Part shown: positions 8,657-16,703 of the stretch, in pieces
Position numbering within the stretch: position 1 is the stretch's first letter
How the letters are laid out: each line of letters starts with the position of its first letter
Assembly: GCA_049697055.1 (NCBI GenBank)
Contig: JBAVVA010000020.1
Location: forward strand, 219 to 64,218
Source of the DNA: Candidatus Aminicenantales bacterium
Lineage (GTDB): Bacteria > Acidobacteriota > Aminicenantia > Aminicenantales > JAFGAV01
Reading direction: 5' to 3'
DNA: 64,000 bases
Notes under the pieces: model-generated
Seen by the model: the letters and a program-made list of their open reading frames with translations, nothing else
What the model was told of the DNA's origin: nothing
Database searches by the model: none
Translations under genes and position numbers: made by a program

Positions 8657-10798
8657 CTAGCGCACCACCACCCGGGCGTTTCGGGTGGTGAAAGAGACGA
8701 CCTGTCCGCCGGGGCCGTTAGCCGTGACGCCGCCGATGGAGATCTGTGTCTCGCCCGGATTGACCGTTTCAAAGAGGAGAACGGCCAGATTCCCAACGGC
8801 CTTGATCCCTTTGCTCAAATCCGTGCTGGAAATGCCGATGGTGCAGGCGCCCGCGGCATTATCCACGTTCTTGAGAAATGGCGCGTTCTCGCCCAACTGC
8901 TTGACCAAGGGGCCTTCGACCACATCCTTGAGCTTGATGACCTGGCTGTTGAAGTTGAGGTTCAGGGAGAGGTTGCCCACCGGCTGGGCGCTCTGTATGT
9001 TGACCGTAATGCGGAACTCCCCGCGGTTGCGGGACAGCTCGAAATTGGCCGGGCTGAGCACGATCTGATTTCCGCTTTCATGCCCGGCCTCTTCGGGACG
9101 GGGCGGCCGGAGCCGGCTGAGGAGCTCCCGTTCCATGTACTGTTCGTCCGCCTGCGGTTCCCCGGCCGGGGCGCCGGCCTCCTTGATGTCCACCCACAGG
9201 GCCTTGCGGTCCTCGGGGGTCAGGGGGACCCGCCGGATGATATAGGGCGTGATCATCAGAATAACGTCCGTCTGCTCGAGCCGCGTGTCCTCGGAGGAGA
9301 AGAGCCGGCCCAGGAGCGGCAGGCTTTTCAGGCCGGGAATGCCGGTGATGGATTTGCGCTCTTCATCCCGGAGCAGGCCGGCCAGGAGGTTGGTCTCGCC
9401 GTCCCTCAGCCGGAGGACGTTCTTGATCTCCCGGGTGGTGATGATGGGGATGTCGGCCACACCCGTCCCGCCCAGGGAGGTGATCTTCAGCTCCAGGTTG
9501 AGGGTGACCTCTCCCTCCAAGTGAACCTGGGGGGTGATCTTGATGTCGATGCCCACGTCCTGATAATCGTAATTGGTGATGGGCTGCTGGCTGACGCCGC
9601 CCGCGGCGATGGGGGCAAAGGTCGTTTTGGGGATGGGCACCTTCTGGCCGACCATAGACTTCATCTCCTCGCCGCTCAGCCCCCTCAGCCGGGGCTGGGC
9701 GATGATGCGGGTGTCGGCGTCCGATTCCAGGAACTGGAGAAAGGCCAGGGGCAGGGTCAGCATGAAATTCCCGGCCTTGCTGAAGTCCAGGTCCTTAAGG
9801 TTGACCCAGCTTGTCCCTCCCGCGGCCGGGGGTTCGCCGTAGCGCAGGCCGACGATGCTCTGGTCAAAGCTGAGGCCGAGCTGCCGCATCCTGATACGCG
9901 ACACTTCCATGATCTCCAGGTCGATCAGGACCTCGGCCTTGGGCTTGTCCCATTGGCTGAGCAGCCGCCAGGCCAGCTCCACCGTCTCCGGCGTGTCGCG
10001 GACGGTGATGGTGTTGAGGGACTTGTCGGCGAAGACCTTGGACGCTTTGAATGAGCTGGAGATCATTTGCTGCAGGGGTTGGAGGGCCTCCTCGGCCTTG
10101 ATGTTGGACAGGTAGAAGGTTTTTATGGCGTTCATCTCGTACTGGATTCTCTTCATGGGCTGGTCGGGCACGATGATGACCGACCGTTCGTCGATGAGCC
10201 GGTAGAAGTTCTTGGTGGCGATGCACAGGGCCGAGAGGGCCTGCGCGAAGGTGACCTCGGCCAAGTTGATGGAGAAGGGGATATCGCGGAAATTCTCATC
10301 GAAGAGGATGTTCACGCCGGCGGACCGGCCCAGGGCCAGGAACAGGGAGCGGAGGCTCGTCTCCTGGGGAAAATTCAGGGTGACGACTTCGTTCCCGGCC
10401 CGAAGCTTGAAGGGCAGTTCCAGCTTCTCCGGAGCCTGGTTCTCCACCTGCTTGGGAGTCTCGCCCAGGCGGCGGATTTCCTCCAGCAGGAAGCGGTTGG
10501 ACGGATCGTAGGCGCGGGCCTTGGCATATTCGGCCAGGGCCTCCTGGATCTTGCCCTCACCGGCCAGGCGGCGCCCCTGAAGGATGTATCCCAGGCTGGC
10601 GGCATACTTGACCCGGGCCATGGCCAGCCGATAGACGGGCTCCTTGGGATCTTCCAGTGCCGCCGCCTCATAGAAGCGAATGGCTTCGGCCCAGTTCCGG
10701 TTGAGCTCAGCCTGGTTCCCCAGCTTGTAGGAACGGTTGAACGTGGCGCATCCCCATAAGCTCAACATCACAGCTGCCAAAAGGACGAACCTCTTCAT
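8657..10798 (-). CDS. pilQ: Secretin (PilQ/GspD family) lipoprotein with TPR N-terminal region and C-terminal extra beta-sandwich (cohesin-like) domain
   Basis: Lipobox 'LSLWGC'; TPR-like 'WAEAIRFYEAAALEDP...EALAEYAKARAYDP'; secretin hallmark 'ETNLLAGLLRDEERKSITGIPGLKSLPLLGRLFSS...VILMITPYII'; ~200-aa C-terminal extension after the secretin domain. Confidence 0.85.
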   Translation of the reverse strand: MKRFVLLAAVMLSLWGCATFNRSYKLGNQAELNRNWAEAIRFYEAAALEDPKEPVYRLAMARVKYAASLGYILQGRRLAGEGKIQEALAEYAKARAYDPSNRFLLEEIRRLGETPKQVENQAPEKLELPFKLRAGNEVVTLNFPQETSLRSLFLALGRSAGVNILFDENFRDIPFSINLAEVTFAQALSALCIATKNFYRLIDERSVIIVPDQPMKRIQYEMNAIKTFYLSNIKAEEALQPLQQMISSSFKASKVFADKSLNTITVRDTPETVELAWRLLSQWDKPKAEVLIDLEIMEVSRIRMRQLGLSFDQSIVGLRYGEPPAAGGTSWVNLKDLDFSKAGNFMLTLPLAFLQFLESDADTRIIAQPRLRGLSGEEMKSMVGQKVPIPKTTFAPIAAGGVSQQPITNYDYQDVGIDIKITPQVHLEGEVTLNLELKITSLGGTGVADIPIITTREIKNVLRLRDGETNLLAGLLRDEERKSITGIPGLKSLPLLGRLFSSEDTRLEQTDVILMITPYIIRRVPLTPEDRKALWVDIKEAGAPAGEPQADEQYMERELLSRLRPPRPEEAGHESGNQIVLSPANFELSRNRGEFRITVNIQSAQPVGNLSLNLNFNSQVIKLKDVVEGPLVKQLGENAPFLKNVDNAAGACTIGISSTDLSKGIKAVGNLAVLLFETVNPGETQISIGGVTANGPGGQVVSFTTRNARVVVR

Positions 10799-11367
10799 AT
10801 GTTTTCTCCCTTGATGGAGATCGTTTTCGTCTGGCCGTCCGGGCCGGCCAGTTCCAGGGTCTCGGGGCTGATTTTCAGGACAGTGTAGTCGCCGGCCACC
10901 CGGTCGCCCTCGGCCACGGCCAGGGCTTGGCCGTTCACCAGGACCAGCCCGACGATCTTCCGGGCCGTTGTGACAAAGCCGATATAGCGGATATCTGGGC
11001 CGACGGATTCCGGCACGGCCTTGTCGGAGGGAGTCTCGACCTGGGGCGGGGCCACGTTGGCCGGCGGCCCCGGCTCGACGGCTGCTCCTCCGCCGCGAAC
11101 AAAGATGTTCCGCCTCGGCCGCACCTCCGCAGGCCGGGGCTTCACCAGCAGGTCCTTGCGGATGAGGCTTTGGCCGGGCGAAAGTTCCGTCGTTTTAACC
11201 TCCCGTTTGTCCACCGACCCGGCCAAAAGCAGCCCGCCTGCAAGTATTATCAGAATTCCAAGACATACTTCATCTTTCAACCTATTAAAGAAGCTTTTCT
11301 TTTTCCGTAAGGCATCCGTATGAAAAAAGTGGACGGCTGGCGCGAAAAAGCGATCCTTATATCGCAT
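10795..11367 (-). CDS. pilP: PilP/GspC-like inner-membrane pilus/secretion assembly protein
   Basis: Single TM 'LGILIILAGGLLLAG', Pro-rich linker, C-terminal beta-domain 'IGFVTTARKIVGLVLVNGQALAVAEGDRVAGDYTVLKI'; ATGA overlap with the secretin start. Position matches pilMNOPQ order. Confidence 0.55.
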   Translation of the reverse strand: MRYKDRFFAPAVHFFHTDALRKKKSFFNRLKDEVCLGILIILAGGLLLAGSVDKREVKTTELSPGQSLIRKDLLVKPRPAEVRPRRNIFVRGGGAAVEPGPPANVAPPQVETPSDKAVPESVGPDIRYIGFVTTARKIVGLVLVNGQALAVAEGDRVAGDYTVLKISPETLELAGPDGQTKTISIKGENI

Positions 11368-11917
11368 AGTAAGCCGCCAGTGTGATTTTCAAGAGGAGGT
11401 TTCCGCTGCCCGTATCGATATTGAGAAAGTTGATCCTTTCCACAAAAAGAAAACGGGGCTGCTTTTCAACCTCGGCCAGAAATTGCTTAAGCAGCCCGTA
11501 GGATCCCGAAAAATTGAAACTGACCGCGACCTTGCGGGCTTTCTCTTTTTCAAACTCTAAATAATCGAACTTGGCCTGAGGGAATTCCAGGCCTACCCCG
11601 CTGAAGACCTCCTGGAGGTCGAGGCGCAGTTCATTGATGCCGTTTGATTCCCGGTAGAAACGGTCCTGGCGCAAAGCCAGGCCGTCCCGGCCGGCCTCTT
11701 CCCATTGGGAAAACTCCTGCCGGAGGGCGGTTCTTTCCCGGTCGGCCGATTGGAACTGCCGGCGCAGGGAATTCACCGCCGATACCCGTCGGCTGAAGGC
11801 CCCCCCCGCCGCCAGGGAGAAGGCCAGCAGGAATACCAGCAGCGCCCCCAACAGCGCAGACAAGCCGGCCAGGATTTTCCGCTCCCCGGGCTCTAAAAAT
11901 TTAACGAGTTCCTTCAT
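11357..11917 (-). CDS. pilO: PilO-like pilus assembly protein
   Basis: Start at internal ATG (MKELVKFL) 4 codons from the pilN stop; N-terminal TM then coiled coil; position between pilN and pilP. Confidence 0.55.
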   Translation of the reverse strand: MKELVKFLEPGERKILAGLSALLGALLVFLLAFSLAAGGAFSRRVSAVNSLRRQFQSADRERTALRQEFSQWEEAGRDGLALRQDRFYRESNGINELRLDLQEVFSGVGLEFPQAKFDYLEFEKEKARKVAVSFNFSGSYGLLKQFLAEVEKQPRFLFVERINFLNIDTGSGNLLLKITLAAYYAI

Positions 11918-12467
11918 AGACCACCGAGATTTCAGATTCCAACTGACCGTAGCCGTTCTTCCCCTCGCTGATGAGTCGGATGCTGGAAAACCCGCGGGCA
12001 TTCAGGTTCTGGATAAAGGTCAGCAGGTCGTTCAGGCTCTGGAAAACGGCCGTCATCGTCACTTCGGCTTTCGAGCCTCCGCTGAAAGCCGGGCTGAGCG
12101 AAGTGACGGCGCCCGAGGCGGGCAGGGCTTCCTCCAGCCGAGACAGGAGGCCGACCCAGGAAAAGCTCTTGCGCAGAATGAGGTCGTTCATAAAATCTAC
12201 CTGGGCCTTTTCCTTCTTGGACAAATCCAGGGCTCGGGAGCGGAAGCGGGACGATTCGAACCGGGCCGACTCCATAGAGCGCTCCAGGCCGGCCGACTCG
12301 ACGGCCAGCCGGCGGCTCCTGACCTCCTGGCGGATAAAGCTCCAGCCGGCGACAAAACCGACCCCCACCACCAGAACCAACAAAAGGGCCAGCAGCGCCC
12401 GAAAGAGGCGCTTGTTCTGCAGCGGCTGGCTGGCCAGGTTGATGCGGATCGTGCGGTTGTTTCTCAT
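11901..12467 (-). CDS. pilN: PilN-like fimbrial assembly protein
   Basis: 'MRNNRTIRINLASQP' N-terminus typical of PilN, single TM 'ALLALLLVLVVGVGFVAGW'. Confidence 0.6.
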   Translation of the reverse strand: MRNNRTIRINLASQPLQNKRLFRALLALLLVLVVGVGFVAGWSFIRQEVRSRRLAVESAGLERSMESARFESSRFRSRALDLSKKEKAQVDFMNDLILRKSFSWVGLLSRLEEALPASGAVTSLSPAFSGGSKAEVTMTAVFQSLNDLLTFIQNLNARGFSSIRLISEGKNGYGQLESEISVVYEGTR

Positions 12468-13396
12468 GCCCAATATCCAAGAAGCGGCGCCAGAAAATGC
12501 CTCTCCCGGGAAGTCAAGCCGAAGGAGGCCGGAGGCTCGAGGGTGCGGACGGGCAGGGGAAGCTTTTTCTGAAAAGCCTCAGCCAGGGCCGAGACGTCGG
12601 CCCCCAGGCCCCCTCTCAGCCACAAAGTCTTGACCGTCTTCTTCTCCCGGTCCTCAAGATAGGTCAGAGTGCCGGCCACCTCCTTGATGACGCTGTTCTC
12701 CAGGCTGTGTCCAGTCGGCCCGGATTCGGCCAGGTAGGGTTTGAAACGGTAGAGAGCCGGCTCTCCCTCCAGCACGGCCAGCAGGCTGACCGCATCCTCC
12801 TCGACATTGGCCAGGAGGACGTCCTTCTCCCTGTCCCTGTCCAGGAGGTTGAACAGTCCCAAAGTGGGAAGGCCGACGCTCCGGACCTTCAACCCCCCGG
12901 CGGCAAACACATTCTCAAACTCCCCGATGACGGCCGGCCGGGCTACGGAAATGAAGACGCGCTGGAGAGAGCCGTTGCCCAACAGGTCGAAGGACAGCCG
13001 GACGTCTTCCGGCAGGGAGGGCATCTGTTTTTTCAGCCTCCATAGGAGAAGCTCCCGTCGCTCCTCGGCTGAGGCCGGAAATTCATCGAAGGTGAGGATA
13101 AAGCTCTTCAGGCAGGATTCGGGCACCAAGAGGGCAGCCTCTCGGACAGCCGGTTGCGTCCGGCGCAGGGCTTCTCTGATCTTTTCACCCAACTCCGCCG
13201 TGTCCTTGATGTTGGGACGTTCGAAAGAAGGCACCACAGCGCCCGGCTTCAAGGCCAGCAGGGCTTGGCTTCTGGCCCGGCGCTCACGGCCCGGGGCGTA
13301 CAGACAGCTCAGGCTGCGTCCCGTCAGCATGAAGGACAGGGAGAGAACCGGGCCGCGGGCGAAATAATCTTTCAGGCTGTCCAACAGGCCGCTCAT
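12464..13396 (-). CDS. pilM: PilM/GspL-cyto-like actin-fold pilus assembly protein
   Basis: 310 aa cytoplasmic protein directly upstream of pilN with ATGA overlap; order M-N-O-P-Q. Confidence 0.55.
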   Translation of the reverse strand: MSGLLDSLKDYFARGPVLSLSFMLTGRSLSCLYAPGRERRARSQALLALKPGAVVPSFERPNIKDTAELGEKIREALRRTQPAVREAALLVPESCLKSFILTFDEFPASAEERRELLLWRLKKQMPSLPEDVRLSFDLLGNGSLQRVFISVARPAVIGEFENVFAAGGLKVRSVGLPTLGLFNLLDRDREKDVLLANVEEDAVSLLAVLEGEPALYRFKPYLAESGPTGHSLENSVIKEVAGTLTYLEDREKKTVKTLWLRGGLGADVSALAEAFQKKLPLPVRTLEPPASFGLTSRERHFLAPLLGYWA

Positions 13397-13400
13397 CGGT

Positions 13401-15011
13401 TCACTCCGCGAAGGTCACCTTATTCAGCTCTTTCAGGCTGGTCAAGCCTTGGAAAACCTTGTCCATGCCCACTTCTCTGAGAAAGACCATGCCCTCCGCC
13501 TTGGCCCGCTTTTTCACCTCGGATAGGGGCTTGCGCTCCAGGATCATTTCCCGAATGACGTCCGACAGCTCCAGCAGCTCGGCGATGGCCGTCCGGCCGC
13601 GGTAGCCGGTCATCCCGCACTCGGCACAGCCCCGGGTTTCGAAGAAGGCCTGCCGGCGCGATTTCTCCGGGCTCAGCCCGGACTCGGCCAGCAGGGCCTC
13701 ACTGGGCTTGACCAGCGCCTTGCACTGCGGACAGAGGAGCCGCACCAGACGCTGGGCCAGGATGCAGTTCAAGGCGGAGATGAAGCTGTAGGGGTCCACC
13801 TGCATGTGGAGGAAGCGGCCGATGACGTCGAAGACGTTGTTGGCGTGGACGGTGGTGAAGACCAGGTGCCCGGTCAGGGCGGATTGAATGGCGATCTGAG
13901 CCGTCTCCGGGTCGCGGATCTCGCCCACCATGATCTTATCCGGGTCGTGGCGCAGGATGGAGCGCAGCCCCCGGGCGAAGGTAAGGCCCTTCTTCTCGTT
14001 GACCGGAATCTGGGTCAGGCCCTCAATCTGGTATTCGACCGGGTCCTCGATGGTGATGATCTTGTCCTCGGGGCTCTTGATCTCGGTCAGGGCGGCGTAC
14101 AGAGTCGTGGTCTTGCCGCTGCCGGTGGGGCCGGTGACCAGGATCATCCCGTAGGGCTGGACGATGTAGCGGCGGAATTTCTGCAGGATCTCCGCGGAAA
14201 AACCCAGCAGATCCAGGCGCAGCTCGGCGAAGGCTTCAGTGATCATCTCCTTGTCCAGAATACGAATCACCGCGTCCTCGCCGAAGATGGCGGGCATGAT
14301 GGAAATGCGGAAGTCTATGGTCTTGTCCTTGATGCGGAGCCGGAAGCGGCCGTCCTGGGGGACCCGCCGCTCGGCGATGTCCAGTTCGGCCATGACCTTG
14401 ATGCGGGTAATGATGGGCGAGTGGAACTTCCGGTCGACAGGCTCCATGGCCTCGCTGAGGACGCCGTCCACGCGGTATTTGACCCGGACGCCCTCTTCCC
14501 GCGATTCGATGTGGATGTCCGAGGCCCGCTTCTGAACGGCGGTGAAGATGATGGTGTTGACCAGCTTGATGATGGAGCCGTCCTGGTCGGCCAGCTTCTC
14601 GATGGAGATGACCTCCTCCTCCTCACCCCCCTCCTTCTCCACGATCTGGGTGATGAACCCCTCGGTGGCGTCCTTGAGAACCTGCAGGGCGGCCTCGCTC
14701 CTGCGCAAGGCCTCGTGGATGGCCCGCTTGGAAGCGGCGAAAACCTGAACCTTGCGGCCCAGGAAGGACTCCACGGCGTCGATGGTTTCGATGTCGGAGG
14801 GGTCGGCCACCGCCACCTGGACGGCTTGGCCCTCCCGGCCGAAGGGGATGAAGTTGGCCCGGTAGAGGAAGTCCGGGGGGAAGGACTGGACCAGCTCCCG
14901 GTCAAGCGAAACCCGGCCCAAATCCACGGTCGGGACATGATAGCGCTCGGCCAGCTTTCTGACCTCCTTCTCCTCGGAGAGGAGGGTCGTCTCTGTTTCC
15001 TTTTTAGCCAT
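13401..15011 (-). CDS. pilB: Type II secretion / type IV pilus assembly ATPase (GspE/PilB family)
   Basis: Walker A 'GPTGSGKTT', Asp box, His box 'TGHLVFTTVHAN', tetracysteine 'CPQC...CAEC'. Confidence 0.9.
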   Translation of the reverse strand: MAKKETETTLLSEEKEVRKLAERYHVPTVDLGRVSLDRELVQSFPPDFLYRANFIPFGREGQAVQVAVADPSDIETIDAVESFLGRKVQVFAASKRAIHEALRRSEAALQVLKDATEGFITQIVEKEGGEEEEVISIEKLADQDGSIIKLVNTIIFTAVQKRASDIHIESREEGVRVKYRVDGVLSEAMEPVDRKFHSPIITRIKVMAELDIAERRVPQDGRFRLRIKDKTIDFRISIMPAIFGEDAVIRILDKEMITEAFAELRLDLLGFSAEILQKFRRYIVQPYGMILVTGPTGSGKTTTLYAALTEIKSPEDKIITIEDPVEYQIEGLTQIPVNEKKGLTFARGLRSILRHDPDKIMVGEIRDPETAQIAIQSALTGHLVFTTVHANNVFDVIGRFLHMQVDPYSFISALNCILAQRLVRLLCPQCKALVKPSEALLAESGLSPEKSRRQAFFETRGCAECGMTGYRGRTAIAELLELSDVIREMILERKPLSEVKKRAKAEGMVFLREVGMDKVFQGLTSLKELNKVTFAE

Positions 15012-15017
15012 ATCCGG

Positions 15018-16226
15018 TTATCTCGTTATCTTTATTATATTAAAAATGGGCAGGTAAACGGAAAGGAGCATGGCCGCCACGAGAAGCCCCATGACGATGA
15101 TGAGGACCGGCTCGATCAGGGAGACAAAGGTATCCACCCGCGAGCGGACCTCTTCGTCATAGACATCCGAGACCTCGGACAGCATGCCCTCCAGGTTGGC
15201 CGAGGACTCGCCGATACGGATCATGTCAATGGCCAGGGAGGGGAAAAAGCCGGCCTTGACCAGGGAATCAGAGAGGTTCTGGCCGTTTTTGATATCATCC
15301 GGGACGCCGGCTACTCGGTGGACCAGGAAGCGGTTGGGAATGGCCCGGCAGGAAATGACCAAGGCCTGAATGAGCGTAATGCCGGCTCCCAGCAGGAGCC
15401 CCATCGTCCGGGAAAATAGGGAAACGCCTGACTCGATCCAGATCCGCCTGGCATAGGGAAGGCGGAGTTTGATACGGTCGAGCCAGACGCGGTTCCTCTC
15501 CCTCCGCTTCAACCAGAAATAGGCCGCCCCGAGAAGAACTCCGAACAAGAGGAGGAAGAGCATGGAACGCCGGATGGCCAGGGCGGCAGCCATGATCCAG
15601 CGGGTAATCCCCGGCAGTTCGGACCGGAAATCGGCATAGAAACCGGAAAAGCGGGGCAGGATGAAATTAATGAGGACCATCATCAGGGAGAAGGAAAAGA
15701 CCAGAAGCAGGCTGGGATAGATCAGGGCCGACCGGATGCGGGACTTGGTCTTGTTGATGTCCTTGGCATAATCCGTGTAGCGGTTGATGGCCTGGGCCAG
15801 GTTGCCGCTCTGCTCGCCGGCCATCAGGGAAGCGGTGTAGACTGTGGAAAAACGGTCTTGAAAAGGAGTGAAGGCCTCGGACAGGGTCCTTCCGCTGCGC
15901 ACATCGTCCGCCACCCGCAAGAGGACCTCCTTCATGTTCTGGTTCTTGGTCCGGCTCATGATAAGCTCCAGGCTCTTGAGGACCGGATAGCCGGCCCGCA
16001 GCAGGTACATCAGCTCCTGGTTGAACAGGATGAAATCCTTTTCCCGCACCCGCCGGTCCAGGCTGGAGAGCGAGAGCTGGACCTTGCCCCAATCCTTGCG
16101 GACGGACAGGACGCACAGGCCGCGGGACTCGTAATATTTGCGGCATTCTTCGCGGGACGGCGCCAAGCAGGATTCTTTGATCAACCGGCCGTCATCCGTG
16201 GCTAAGCGGCAGAGGAAATAAGGCAT
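15018..16226 (-). CDS. pilC: Type II secretion / type IV pilus platform protein (GspF/PilC family)
   Basis: 402 aa, duplicated T2SSF domain with three TM segments, 'LIEPVLIIVMGLLVAAMLLSVYLPIF' C-terminus. Confidence 0.9.
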   Translation of the reverse strand: MPYFLCRLATDDGRLIKESCLAPSREECRKYYESRGLCVLSVRKDWGKVQLSLSSLDRRVREKDFILFNQELMYLLRAGYPVLKSLELIMSRTKNQNMKEVLLRVADDVRSGRTLSEAFTPFQDRFSTVYTASLMAGEQSGNLAQAINRYTDYAKDINKTKSRIRSALIYPSLLLVFSFSLMMVLINFILPRFSGFYADFRSELPGITRWIMAAALAIRRSMLFLLLFGVLLGAAYFWLKRRERNRVWLDRIKLRLPYARRIWIESGVSLFSRTMGLLLGAGITLIQALVISCRAIPNRFLVHRVAGVPDDIKNGQNLSDSLVKAGFFPSLAIDMIRIGESSANLEGMLSEVSDVYDEEVRSRVDTFVSLIEPVLIIVMGLLVAAMLLSVYLPIFNIIKITR

Positions 16227-16412
16227 AAGATAAAGATTACCTCATTAAGAAACTCGATGGCTCGTCTTTCTGTTGCCAGCTGTTGCTAGGAAATCTCCAT
16301 GTTAGGGGAACCAGGGGCTGTTGTCAAATTCATGAAACAGCTTTAGATCTGGCAAATTGGAGATTCCGCCGAATTGGTTGACAAACCTGATGGAAAGCCT
16401 TAATTTTAGAGT

Positions 16413-16703
16413 GTGAAAAGAAAGGCATGTCTGGCGGCCTGCTTCGTGGCAGCCCTGGGGCTGGCCTCCCTCCTCTCCCCTCCCCAGAGGCCGACGACGC
16501 CGAAGGGTGGGGCCTACTCCGGCGTTTTGCAGGCCCAGGAAAACGTCCCCGCCCAGAAACCATCATTTGATTATATGAGCACCTTTCTATCCCGCAACAC
16601 CAAGCCCTTGGGGTTGGAGGAGGACAAGGAGGTCAAAAAGCTGAAGCAGCAGCCGGCCATCAAATGGGCCGTCCGGTCCAGCCTGCGTCATTCGCTTCAA
16701 TAG
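16413..16703 (+). CDS. Small secreted hypothetical protein (GTG start)
   Basis: 96 aa, signal peptide 'KRKACLAACFVAALGLASLL'; putative sigma70 promoter TTGACA-N17-TAATTT upstream. Confidence 0.3.
   Translation: MKRKACLAACFVAALGLASLLSPPQRPTTPKGGAYSGVLQAQENVPAQKPSFDYMSTFLSRNTKPLGLEEDKEVKKLKQQPAIKWAVRSSLRHSLQ

Noticed and set aside
8632-8796. Longer 225-aa version of the THEP1-like gene starting at 8796
   Set aside because: Would overlap the secretin CDS by about 140 nt, and the upstream extension is Arg/Ser/Pro-rich low complexity. The internal ATG placing Walker A at residue 7 fits family length.
8564-10054. 496-aa ORF on + strand
   Set aside because: Lies entirely antisense to the well-supported secretin gene; Gly/Asp/Ala/Arg-rich low-complexity translation typical of antisense frames in high-GC DNA
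13806-15419. 537-aa ORF on + strand
   Set aside because: Antisense to the pilB/pilC genes, no motifs, high-GC artefact
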